A stretch of DNA of 63,316 nt, filler included, from Saprolegnia diclina VS20 (lineage: Eukaryota), in the NCBI RefSeq assembly GCF_000281045.1. It is 15 parts of 6 records of this genome, joined end to end, with 100 filler letters (N's around TTAATTAATTAA, not from the genome) between each part and the next. Parts side by side here need not be neighbours in the genome. Positions count along the whole stretch, not along the records: positions 1 to 13,919 come from NW_008246238.1; 14 more parts are not named here. One strand, written 5' to 3'. Of this stretch, positions 1 to 11,859 are shown piece after piece. The notes below the pieces were generated by a model that saw only the letters and a program-made list of their open reading frames with translations, was not told the origin of the DNA and did no database searches. Every line of letters begins with the position of its first letter. The first letter of the stretch is position 1. The position numbers and the translations under genes are program-made.

Positions 1-711
1 AAGAGGTCGCACCGCGCGCCTGCCCCTACCCCGTTCCCTCTGTCGGATACTAACTAGTAGGACAGTGGGAGTCGGAATCGCTGCCTGCATTACCACCCGC
101 GGTGCGCGTCGTTCTATTCTTCTTGAGGTTGAAGTGCGACGACGACGAGCAGAGCTCCGGTGGTCCAAGGACGCAGTCTCGACGGGTGCGTCATCGTCTC
201 GTACGCCACGGACCATGCATACGTCACTCGTAAGAGCGATAACCCAACCGAGTGCATGGAGTGCAAGGACATTAGTTAGTATAAATTATATGTCAACGCT
301 AGTGTTTTTGTATTAAGAGATAGGGTATTGATTTGATGAGTTGCTGCGCAGACGCTGTGACCGTCATTGATCCGAACCCTAGTCCTTCCTCCTCGCTGAC
401 GCGCTCAGCCGACTTGCGACCTTTCGCCGACCCGAAATATCGAAGGCGAAAACCCACCAATCAGCGACGTCATGAAATACAGAAGGCGGACGGTGGCGCC
501 AAGCGAAGAGGCCGCGCGGCCATCGAGCAATGCTGTTCACGGTGACCAAGAGAGGTAGACGCAGGCCACCGGTGTAAGACGGAAGTACATGCTGGTCATC
601 TCTGCGGTGCTCGCATCGACCTCGTGTCTCGTGGCTCGTCTGGCCCTTGGAGCCAGCTCTGTGAGCCGGATGGCAACTCGGCCTGGCTACAGTGTAGCCG
701 CGACCGGCCGG

Positions 712-1444
712 GCACTGTCTTGAGTCGAACCAACGTGGACAGCTTGCTGCGGCAACTGCTTCAACGGCGCATTGCCTTCGGTGACGCCGGCGATGAGCGC
801 CAAGACGGTCCTGCTCGTGCCCTTTTCGATCGAGTACGTGGCGCCAGCACAATGTGTTGTCGCTGACGCTCAACGCTAGGATGAGTGCGCGCTGGGACCT
901 CGCGGCGGTTGTGCGCACCGGACCCGACATGGCCGACATCCATATTTTTGGGCCGCGCCGCAACCACGGCCAAGAGGTCGTGACCAAGATGGAGGCGTTC
1001 GCTCGCGTGCTTCTGGGCCCGTGCCGTCTCCGCCAGACGCACATGCCGCTCACACGACGCGTGCCGGCGCCCGAGCACTACGCTGCCTACATGGCATCGA
1101 ACCTCCAAGCCTTCTTGCGCGCGTGTCGGGCACACACCAGCGACAACGGCGTCCTCCACGTGGGCTGGATGCACGACTTTGCGCCAGCGTGCGACTACGA
1201 CAACGTCATGGCCATGCACGCATTAGCACGCGCGCACCAGGTGCCAAGCCTGTTTGCCGAATGGACTCGTATCGGCTGCACGACGCAAGCTGCCCCACCG
1301 GCGAAAGCGCGCCAAGAGCTCTCGGCCTGTAGCAGCCCAGCGTCGGTCGAGGAAGCTGGACCCAGCGCCTCAAAGCGCAAGGTCAACAGCGAAGACTCGC
1401 CGTCCAAGACAACGTAAAAGAAGGCCAAGCAGGAGTACATGTAG
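712..1444 (+). pseudogene. Truncated copy of Ulp1/C48-fold-like hypothetical gene
   Basis: Paralog of 2592-4100 that lacks the N-terminal ~200 aa. It is frameshifted before VLLVP and has TAA at 1415-1417 where copy 2 reads TCG (acg-taa-aag-aag-gcc vs acg-tcg-aag-aag-gcc). Confidence 0.6.
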
Positions 1445-1520
1445 CAGGGTGTCAACTCGAGTTGAGTAGCACGCTGCTCATTATATTAATGCACAATTTT
1501 GCTTGCGACGTCGTGTTCTA

Positions 1521-1567
1521 TAAGTCCTAGCTGATAAGTCCTCGCTGATAAGTCCTAGCTGATAAGT
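1521..1567. repeat. Three copies of 14-bp unit taagtcct(a/c)gctga
   Basis: Read directly at 1521, 1535 and 1549; a degenerate ~2-copy version lies at ~4190-4213. Confidence 0.85.
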
Positions 1568-2591
1568 TGGTCGTCGTAGTCGATGTCTAATCACACAGCA
1601 ATCGATGCTGATGGAGCCAAGCAAGGAGGTCACCGCCCAGGTCACGCCGCGTGTCTACCCCTACCCCGTTCCCTCTGTCGGATACTAACTAGTAGGACAG
1701 TGGGAGTCGGAATCGCTGCCTGCATTACCACCCGCGGCTATTCTTCTTGGGCTTGAAGTACGACGACGACGAGCCGAGCTCCGGCGGTCCAAGGACGCAG
1801 TCTCGACGGGTGCGTCATCGTCTCGTACGCCACGGACCATGCACACGTCGCTTGTAAGAGCGATGAGCCAACCGAGTGCCTGGAGTGCTAGACTAGTGTG
1901 AGCTGTGTTTTTGTACCAAGCGATGATCATAATGGCTTGAGAAGTTGCGGCGCAGAGGCTGTGACCGTCATTGGTGTAGCTCGTCTGCAATGACCGCCTC
2001 CTTCCCGAGACGAGCTGACGGAGGTCCTCTTATGGGCGTGTGCTGTCGGCGAAGGGTGCATACCAGAACCCTAGTCCTTCCCGCGCTTTCGGCCGCCTAA
2101 AATATCGAACACGAAATCCCACCAATCAGCGACGGCAGGAAAAACAGAAGGGGACATTAACATTTGCTCGTGGTCGCTGTACGTTGCATCTATTTTTTTA
2201 AATGTTTTTATTTGGTATAGGGGGAGAGGTGTGGGAAGATAGGAGATTTAAAAAAAGAAGCTAACCACGAGCAGACCATTTGACACCCAAAACAGAAGGC
2301 GACCGTCCAGCGACGCCAAGAGGCCGCGCGGCCAGCGAGCAATGGTGAGCATGGTGACCAAGAGAGGAGGATATCTCCATGTAGGATGCTCTGCTGTGCG
2401 TCAAGGACGCTGCAGTAGTGCTCGCATCGACCTCATGGCTCGTCTGGTCTTGGAGCCAGCTCGATGGCAACTCTGCCTGACTACAGTGTACATGTCGGCA
2501 GGACGCTCTTTCGTGTCTCTCATTCGACACTTGGCCACGATGCAGTGTACGCAGTGCGCACCGATGCAAGCGCTTCTGCACCGTTGAGTAG

Positions 2592-4100
2592 GCGCCGAGG
2601 ATGCTGAGAACGCGGCGAGCCTCGACGCGCTCCTCGCGTCCAAGGTACCGCGTCGTCGCACTCGCATCGTCCTACCAACTCCGTGTCTAGTGCTACGTCG
2701 GCTGCACGGTGGCCGACGCCATCGCGCGCCTCTCCGCCTACGAGCACGTCCAGACGACCCAAGCGCGCAACGCGGTTTTCTTGTTGCGCCTCGCGGCCTT
2801 TGAGCAAACGATCAGCGACATGGCCATCGAGTACGTTGCTCGTCGAATGCAACGACCGCGTACTTGTGTTAGCATCCACTACCTCAAGAAAGAAGCCACA
2901 GTGGTGGAAGGCGTCGTGTTCACCGCCGACGTCGACGCTCTCCTCCGTCGGCCCGGTGCGCTCAGCTCCTTTAAAGCGCTGGCCGACGAGCCTTGCGTCC
3001 GCGCCATGTTTGCCGCGCACCGTCCGCGCTTGACGGACGCGTATGCCGCCTTCGACGATCATATTCGCAGGTTCATCGGGTGTAGGGTCTTCCAGCGCTG
3101 TCTTGTTGCGCGCTTCATCACGCTGCGCTTACCCGACGCCATCGCGGCGCAGGCGGCCAACACCGACGCCAACGCGCGGGCCAACGCCGCCGCCGCCGTC
3201 GACACGTGCACTACCGAGGCTGAGCAAGCGTGGGTACTCACGGTCATGTAGGCTGGACGACTTTACGTCTGCTGAATTGAACAGCGTTTTGCGGTGCAAA
3301 ATGACGGCTTCGAATGACACGACCAACTTCAACTTGCTTAGGGCGCTGCTGGAAGAACGGCAAAGTGACAGCAACGATTTCTATCTCTTCCACTCGAACG
3401 TCTTTAGCTGGGTGTCGAGAGAGCGGTCCCGCAATGCGACCCGCGACATGGACGGCAAGGTCCTACTCGTGCCCGTCGCGACTAAGTACGTTGGCCGGCA
3501 TCCGCGCATGTTTGCTCGACTGCGAGTAGGGCCCGATGGGACCTCGCAGTCATCGTGCGCACGGGACGCAGCGCGGTAGACATGCACATCTTTGGCCCGC
3601 GGCGCAAGTGCGCGGACAAGGTCACGGACAAGGTCGAGGGCTTGGTGCGGACTCTTCTTGGCGCGTGCGAGATTCGCCACGTCCACATGCCGTTGACGTC
3701 GATCAAGGTCGCCAAGGAGTTCCATTTTGCCTATATGGCCGTCACCCTCCGAGCGTTCCTGCGCGAGCACGCCAAGCGTAAAACGATGACCTACAGCAAC
3801 CATGGCGTCCTGGACGTCGACTGGATCCACGACTTTGCGCCGACGCACAGCTACGACGACATCATGGCCATGCATGCATTTGCACGCGCGCACCACGTAC
3901 ATTGACGGCGGTTTGTTTTGTAAATTTATATCTGCTGCTAGACGCAAGCTGCCGAACTGGCAGACGTCGCTGGAGCGATCCGAGATCTCTCGGCCTCGGC
4001 CTTTAGCGGCCTGGCGTCGGTCACGGCAGCTGAACCCAGCGCGTCGAAGCGCAAGGCGCTGTTGTCCAAGACAACGTCGAAGAAGGCCAAGAACCAGTAG
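2592..4100 (+). CDS. Multi-exon hypothetical protein with a putative catalytically dead Ulp1/SENP (C48) peptidase-like domain; start uncertain
   Basis: ORFs 2709-3251, 3043-3579 and 3555-3905 can be joined by short GT-AG introns. Motif order FTSAELNSV...NDTTNFNLLRALLEER...FYLFHSNVF...VLLVPV...RWDLAVI...IHIFG parallels C48 peptidases. Confidence 0.45.
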
Positions 4101-4468
4101 CCAGCGTCGACCCTTCGCAGAATGCTGCGCTCAACAGGTATGAATGCCTGTTCTTGCTTGCGACTAAGTGTTCTAGACGTCCTACTAGTAGTTGATAAGT
4201 CCTAGTTGATAAATCTTGGGCCTTAGCATCCTTGGCTGCCATTCGATCCCTAACCCGAACCCTACCCGAGCCCTCCGCCGATCGAATTTGAATTCATCGG
4301 GTTTAAGATAATACTGCTCTACGTCAAGTCACGTACTAGTATCCGATACACTTGTGGATACTGGTACTATCCTAATCGTTTGCACATTTAAACACGAGAC
4401 GAAACACATGGACTGGGATTTTCTCACAAAACAGTCTGGTACGATCCAACAGAGATAAATATGAGTGG

Positions 4469-6801
4469 CTACGACGCCGAGGACCAGCTGCCGCTTGTGA
4501 CCATGTCGAGCTCGGCGTTGAGGAGCTTGACAATGTACGGAAACGCCGGGCGGCGGTGCGGGTTGCTGTGCCACGCAAAGCGCATGAGCTTGGCGAAATG
4601 GGGCGGGCACGACTCGGGAATGACGGGGCGCACGCCGCGGACGACCGCTTCCTCGACCGCGAGCGCGCTGCCCGGAATGTCGTCGTACGGCTGGCGACCG
4701 GTCATGAGCTGCCAGCAAATGATACCAAAGCTGTAGACATCCACTTTGAGCGAGTAGGTCGAGAGCTCTTGGTCGACGAGCAGTTCGGGCGCGGCCCAGC
4801 ACACGGTGCCGACGCGCGACGTCATGGTGAGGCTCACCACCTCCTCCGAGTGGTGTCCGAGGAGCGACACGAGGTTGCTTCGACTCGCCGAGAACGTAGC
4901 GCGCTGCGAGTGCGGCGAGAGCAGCGTCGTCGTTATCGACTCGAGCTTGCGCTCGACTTCGTCTTCGTGAAAGAGCCGCGACAAGCCAAAGTCCACGAGC
5001 TTGAGCACGCTGCGGGTCTGGTCGAACACGCAGTTGAGCGGCTTGAGGTCCCTACACATGCAAACCATGAAGCCTGTGTTTACCTAACCCTACAACCGGA
5101 AAGGACGCACCGGTGGATCACAGGGACATCAAGTGTATGCAAAAACGCCATGCCCGACGCAATCATGAGCGCGTACTGCAGCACTTGCACATACGGGAGG
5201 TCGGGGGCCAAGACGTCTTGAAGCGTGCCGCCGCCAAGGTACTCGCAGACCAAGTAGAGGTGGCTTCCAGACGTATAGCAGCCGTACGTGGCCATCACAT
5301 TGGGGTGCACGAGTTGCGACGCGAGGTAGGCCTCTTCTTGGACGCCGTTGAGCGTCACGTGGGTCGAGTCCCGCTCGAACCGAAAGGTCTTGACGGCGAC
5401 AGGAATACCGTCAGCGGCCGTCGTGGGCAGCAGCGATGAGTTGCTGTTTTTCGGGCGACAGGTATGGCAGCAGTACCAGTGCTCGGCGGTCCGCGACGGG
5501 TACCACATGGCCTTGACAACGATGGCAAAGGCGCCTTGGCCAAGGACTTCGAGCGGTTCGTCAAACTCGATCGAGCTCGGTCGAATCGCTTTGAGGGATA
5601 GACCCAGATCAAAGCGCCACCGGACGCGGAAGAAGCTCCAGATGGTTACGACGCACGTGAGGAAGCCTTGGAGGTCGTAGGGGATAAACGCAAGCGACAC
5701 ACGCATGACGCGGGCGAGGCGGTCGTCGTCGTCGTTGGTCGGCACGCCGTTGGGCGGGGACCACCCGGGGGTTTGATGCGATACGATCAAAATCGCATAT
5801 ACAAAGAGGGAGCAGCCCCACGTGAGTACGTACACGCCAATGTAGTAGTTGGCGACCGACTTGATGCTCCGCCGGGCATGCGTCGGGTAGAGACCCTGGA
5901 CTTTGGCCTTGATGCGAAACGCAAGAAAGGTCACAAGGCCGAGCCCAATGAACGGCGCATACAGATTGTTGAGCGTCTGCGTCTCGGTGCTCATGCACGT
6001 CCACGGGCTGTAGCGCGACGGCGTTGTCATCGAGTTGCCTTCGACGAGCTTGGCCCACGCTTCAAAGTCCGGGTCCATGGTCGGGATCGTCGACAACGTC
6101 ACGGCAAGCGCAATCGCAAGCGAGAGCAGAAAGGCCCCGATAATGAGCCGACACGTTGACCGCGCATGGACTTTGGTGTCGACGAGCAGCTCGGGCGGCG
6201 CGGCCACGGACCGGTACAAGCGGTACGTAATTGCGACCGTGAAGATGATTTGCATGAGATTCATGGTCGTCGTGAGCGTGCTCGAGACCTCGCCGCAGTA
6301 CCAGATCAGTGGCGTGCCCAGTTTGAAGATGGATTGCCCGGAGAATGTCTTGCTTACTGCAATGTAGAGGCGCGAGACGAGGTACCCGCCTTGCGAGAGC
6401 ATGAGCGGCAGCACGAGCGGTATCGACGTCGACCGCACGGACGGCTTGAGCATGTAGGCAACGACGATGATGGCGAGCGAGATGAGCGAGAGCGCGCGGC
6501 AGGCGGTCGGGATGCTGAACGGCGCCATGAGGTGGTCGTGGTGGACGGTCGTGTTCGCCGCGTTGTCTGTGCCTACGTACATGCCAATGGCGGCGAGGAC
6601 AGCGACGGCGAGGCAGAGGATCACAATAAACGCGATCGCTACAAGTTCGCTGAGCGAGACGCTGCGGCAGCACCACCACGGCGACCGCGACGACGGCGAT
6701 ATGTCGCTGGCCGACTGCACAAAGGAGAAGCCGCTCTCGCTGGCGTTGGACGGAGCAGGGGACGGCTCGTCGAGCCGAATGGCGTCGATGAGGGTGTGCA
6801 T
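4469..6801 (-). CDS. 7TM GPCR-like domain fused to a TKL protein kinase (GPCR-TKL); one intron 5052-5110
   Basis: Seven to eight hydrophobic helices with TM7 'LQGF'. Kinase motifs LGQGAFA, VAVK, HRDLKP (restored by the 59-bp GT-AG intron), DFG, GTVCWAAPE, DVYSFG and RP. Confidence 0.85.
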
Positions 6802-7997
6802 GCTGCTACCGCGTCATCAATTAGAAATGGGGCGCGCCATCCAGCGCCACCTGTTGTTGCCATGGGCGACGCTGAACTTTTCGCCATAGATTACCAAAGC
6901 CATTTGAAAATAAAAAGGCGCTTGGCCACTCAAATATCGCGGATTTCACCAGAGTTGCCATTTGCCATCTGATATCTCGGTGGACTCTAGAGTTGCGTTG
7001 GAGTTTTTGAGTTTGAGTTTGCCCTTGCACATGGCGAGTTTGCCGTTGGACTTTGCACTTGTATCCAGAAGCTGCGTACTGATCGTTGAGACGACACGAG
7101 CCCCCCGCGGTCTCTCCGTGGCGCAACGACGTTGGACGTGGCCGGAACGACGCGAGCTGCGACTGCTCCGAGATGCTCCGGTTGCTGTACACACGTACTA
7201 GTAACAAATAGACGTTGGTCCAGCTGGAGTCGGTATCGATTGACGCGTCAAAGTCTGAGTGGCTCGTTTGACGGCGCGAGTGGCTGCATACTTGAAGCGC
7301 CGACCCAAGCAAGAGCCTGGGCGACAGGCGCCATCGAAGCAAACGAAGTGCAGCATCCGCTGCGCTTGCTGCGGTCCCCGCAACACGTTTCTTCTACCGG
7401 TAGACCTACAGTATTCTTGTCGACGGAAGAGTTGACGAGGGCAAATGTTGTCGCAGTCAAACAAAAGAAAACAGACAATAATATATTGCACAAAAGGTGG
7501 ACTTCAAGGAGTCCTTCAAGCTTGGACCCACGCACGATCTTGAAGCTAGAGTAGCAGCGTGACGCACCCTGCGGACTACTGTGGACAGTACGATAAGCCG
7601 CCCTCGGGCGCGCCTCGCGCTGACGACGACGTTGGGCAAGGGGCATTGCCGAAGCGGCTTCGGCGGATGTGTGGCCCACATACACTGCAAACGCTTACAC
7701 TGTATGTAATCGCAGGGTCGGCTGCAGAGACATTGCTCTCGGCTCCTTTGTCCATGTCGCTGCATCCACGACACCATGTAAACGCAAGCAGCTCGTGGGC
7801 AAACAGCAAGCTCGAGTAGCGCTACGGACTCTGTTGGGTACCACAAGGCGCGACCATGTCCTCTCAACATCCTCTTCGCTGCTGACTCCTGGTTCGGTGT
7901 GGCCAGCGAGAGAAGTCCGTGACGTGGCAAAGCCCCATTACAGCATCGTTTCCGACGACCTATTTTTGGCGAGCGTGGCTGGTTTGCCCGAGAGCCG

Positions 7998-9324
7998 ATG
8001 CTGTCGCTCAACACGTATGGCCTCGCGCGGCCGTCGCTCAACCAGGCGAGCAGCGTGCACTTGCCGCGGCTCCAGGCGTCGCCACACCATAGCAATGCGG
8101 CGGCGTCCGTCGGCAAGCTCGCGCAGCAGCGCCGCAACATCCATCCGCTCTTCCAGACCAGCGGGTCCGTGGTCATTCGTGACAACCCAGTTGGATAGAT
8201 TTGTAGCTTTGACTACGGCCGCGTCGTCGATTTCCAGGACCTGGGGCTGCATCTGAGCCCCGTGAAGCGGCCGTTGGCCAAGCACATGGACTTTACGAGC
8301 ACGTTCATCGAAGGCCCGTTCACCGACTCGAGCCTCGGGTCGCTCGACATGAAGTACCTAACATCGCAGATATATAGATTGTCATATACTCTGTGGACTA
8401 GAAAGAAGCGGCTGGTGCTGAGCGACCGACTCCAAGCCGAGCGCAAGGTTCGCACAAAGGACAAATACGACGAAAAGCAGCTGGTCTACCATCTCGATGT
8501 TGACGCGGACAATGGTGTCTTATATCGTGTACTAGCAATTGAGCTTTAAGCGCGAGATTCGCCGCGAGCTCCGGGAAAAGCGGCGGCTGGAGATGCTCGA
8601 GCAAGCGGCGGCAGCGACAACGATCCAGCGCTATGCACGCGGCATGCTCACACGCAATCGCTTGTGGCGACAACACCTCGCGGTCCAGAACGCCGCGGCC
8701 ACGCGCATTCAAGTACATTTTTGTATTTTGAGAGTATCGAACCACGGACCGATTGTAGGGATTTTGCCGGTCCCACATGCAAATCTTTGACGCCAAGTGC
8801 CAGCTCCAGCGCATCAAAGTAGAGTCTTTTCGATCGGACGACCACTGCGTCTCAGATACTGGTAGCAACGGCGCTGGGACGACGCCGCCGCCGTCATCCA
8901 GCGGCGCGTTCGGTCGTTTCTGCAGCGGCAAGCCGCCAAACGAGAGCTTGCGCGCCGCCGGAAAGCTCGCGACGACCGCCGTCAAGAAATGCTGCTGCGG
9001 GCCGACCGCGTGCGAGCTGCCGCCGCGACAACGATTCAAAAAATCATACGTGGCATCCTCGTGCGTCGACACGTGCAAGCAAAGAAGCTACTGCACGACC
9101 GGTCTCGCATCTCGCTCTCCCGCGAACAACGGGACGCTGCCAAGAAGCCAGCAAAAGCCAAGGCGCCACCCCGTCTCGCACCAAGTACTCGTATTCTTGG
9201 GGTCACCTGTTGAAAAAGACGTCTTATGGCAACTGGACTAGAACCGCCCAAGAAACGCGGGGTGCGCAACGACGGCATGTACGCGCGTCGCGTCTCGTCG
9301 AGCGAGACGCTGCCGACCGAGTAG
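7998..9324 (+). CDS. IQ calmodulin-binding motif protein, multi-exon; 5' end uncertain (may start near 7559)
   Basis: Repeated IQ motifs: ATTIQRYARGMLTR, ATRIQ and ATTIQKIIRGILVR. Confidence 0.6.
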
Positions 9325-9479
9325 CCACCATCGACGCTTCTACGATCGCTGATTGAGCGCCGCGTACGCCGCGTGAAACTAGCAATAAATAATTGTCTTT
9401 GTGTTGAACTTGACCACACGGCAGATGGCACCTTGGGGAGTCTCTTCTCATACGCTGTTTTGGCTTTTCCGTGGAGTTG

Positions 9480-11501
9480 AGCAATCTCGTCGGGCGTGTA
9501 TGTCCTAATCGCTCAAGTGACGCACCTTGGTACATGCTCTTGTCTACCGGCCAAACGCTGCCTTTTGGCTCTGCGCCACGACGTCGCGCTGTCGGGTTTC
9601 GTCTGCCTCGGCCTGACGACCAAAGATGTCGTCACCAGATATCCACACTACATCACTTCAATTATAGTACGAGACAGTCTGAGCTATACCTGCCGTCAAC
9701 GTCTGCGCCACGTCACGCAGCAGTGGGCGAAACGCGTTGGCCTTTTCGACGTGCAATCTCTGCTCTTCTTGACCGCGTTCGTCGTAGGCGGTGTCGTGGG
9801 TGTAGACTAGTTGCAAGCATGAGCGGCCACGTCCAACAGTCGGCAAACGACCTCCACACAGCGTCTTGGCGATGTCCAACAGTAGCGGTGTGAGTGCATT
9901 CATGTCATCAAGTTCGACGCAGGGCGCCTCAACGACGGGTACAGATGCCTCGCGTGTCGGCTAGGACAGACGACTGGTGAGCGAGCACACCACTGCCAAT
10001 GAAGAAAAATACCGTGAAAAAGTCGGACTCTTTGGTCAATTGCAGGTCTTGCCGAATGGTCGGGAGGCTCCAAGTCTCGAGAAGCTCTTGCAGTGTCGAC
10101 ACTTGAAGCGTCTACGCACAAGGAATCAGCGCACAGCATTTGCGTCAGCAATCGACCGGTTGGTGCACGGCGCGCAGGACATCGTCGAGCGACTGCGCAC
10201 GCAGCAACGGACCTCTGTCAACCCAAATACTGGTCAAGGCCTCACCACACGACGCTTACGCGAGGTCTACGAGCGCGAGTGCAGTGAGGTCCGGCAAGAG
10301 TCGATCGGCGCCGACGAGGAAGAGCTGGTCCCAAACAAACAGCAGAACATCCTTGGTCGCAATGCCGACAAAAAGCTGCTCTACAAACGGAGACAAGAGC
10401 GGCAGCCACGCCTACGCATTCGAGTCATTCTGCCGTCTCGTACGATGTTCCGCCACCTCGGACGAAGCGGAGCCCAGCACCGAGACCAAGTGGGTGTGTA
10501 GCGGTGGATCAATGCGATGCAGTGCGTCCAGACACGGCGCGACAGCGTTCGGCAGCCGCGGCCGCGGAAGACGCAGCAAGACGCAGTAGGCTTCGACGAG
10601 GGTTGACACCGATGTCGTGCCATAGACCAGGAGTAGAGGTACACACAGAGCATACATGGCGTCGTTGCGCGCATCAGGCATGGCGCCAATGGCGTGGGCG
10701 TACGAGAGGACCGTCTTCATGGCCATCCACGACTCGCGGAATGCCGTCGTTATGAGCGCGGAAGAGGCCTCGAGGATGCGGCGACACGTGTCGGTAATGT
10801 CGGCGTCCAAAAGCGAAATGGTGGCGACGCGGTCGATGACGCAGGCGGTGTCGTACCGCACCCGCAATGGCGCGTCCGCTAAGAAGAGCTGCCATGCCTA
10901 CGCGAGTATGAGGCGGGCGACGTAGACATGCACGGCCACACGTGTCGGCGAAAGGCTACGGGAAACGGGGTGTTGAGAAGGAGACGCAGCAAACTGCGCT
11001 GCTCGGGTGGCAGCCCCACGACGAGGGTCGCCGCGGCGTCGGCAGCGGCATCGAGCAGCAAGGTTTTCTACCGAAATGGGTTCTTTTACTTGGTGGAGAA
11101 GACGAACCTTGGTTGCCTCGGGTGGTGCAGTAGCGTACGCGCTCTCGACGGCTCTGCTGAGATGCTGCAGGATTTCGTGGTGACGATAGAGTCGATCGAC
11201 AGGAGTAGAAAGTAGTACATGATCGAGTACAGTGGTGACATGCTGGAGGAAGCGGCCGTGCGCTGCGTCGTCAGCCACGTGAAGCTCGACCTGCGCCATC
11301 ACGAGCGCCCGCTCGTCGTCGCCGAGGTCGGAAAAATACTGTTGTCTTATCGATAGTCTCGTCCCAGGAGCGGTGGCCTACCTTGGTCTTGTGCTGCTTG
11401 AGCACGGTTTGCACGCGCGAGTAGATACCATCCTGGAGGCGTCGCCAGTCCTGGCTTTGACGCACCGCGTCCCTTGCCTCGGCGAGCCACGCAAGATCCA
11501 T
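9480..11501 (-). CDS. TBC/Rab-GAP-like domain protein, multi-exon; 3' end approximate
   Basis: PFPVAFRRHVW (TBC start), DPPLHTHL and LFVGIATKDVLLFVWDQLFL (TBC C-terminal helix motif); ATG at 11501. Confidence 0.55.
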
Positions 11502-11859
11502 CCAAAGTAATCTTATTGGGGGGCGTCAAAAGGTTGGAAAGAAAATCGCCAAATATGACGTGGCACGACGACGCGCGAATGCAAGATCTGCAGTTTTCGG
11601 TCGACAATCATCAAGTAGAGTGAACGATGTACTAGTAGCCAAGCCACCTAGCACTCCTTTCGGGATGGGTGGACGGACGATAACCACAGCGTTGGCGACC
11701 AGAAACTTGGGAGTTTGATAGTATGAAGGTAAAGTCGTGCGCGTACGTGCGATGGTTGACCGAGCAGAAGCCTCTGTCACACCCAAGGGATGTAATAGAA
11801 AGCGCCTCGGTGAAGGCCGCCCAAGGATACCGGACGCGAGGCAGTCGAAAGGATGTCGA

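Larger units (their letters stand above)
23..4215 (+). repeat. Diverged tandem segmental duplication: unit 1 ~23-1570, unit 2 ~1658-4215
   Basis: cccctaccccgttccctctgtcggatactaactagtaggacagtgggagtcggaatcgctgcctgcattaccacccgcgg occurs at ~23 and ~1658. Homology continues through the coding parts (HIFGPRR...WxHDFAP..YD..MAMHA.ARAH) to matching 3' ends (gcttgcgac...gtcctag.tgataa). Confidence 0.9.

Noticed and set aside
1521..1567. CRISPR-like array
   Set aside because: Head-to-tail repeats without spacers, a eukaryotic context and no cas genes.
4247..4273. Telomere-like ccctaa/cccgaa/ccctac run
   Set aside because: Only ~4 degenerate units, not a TTTAGGG-type array, and internal to a contig.
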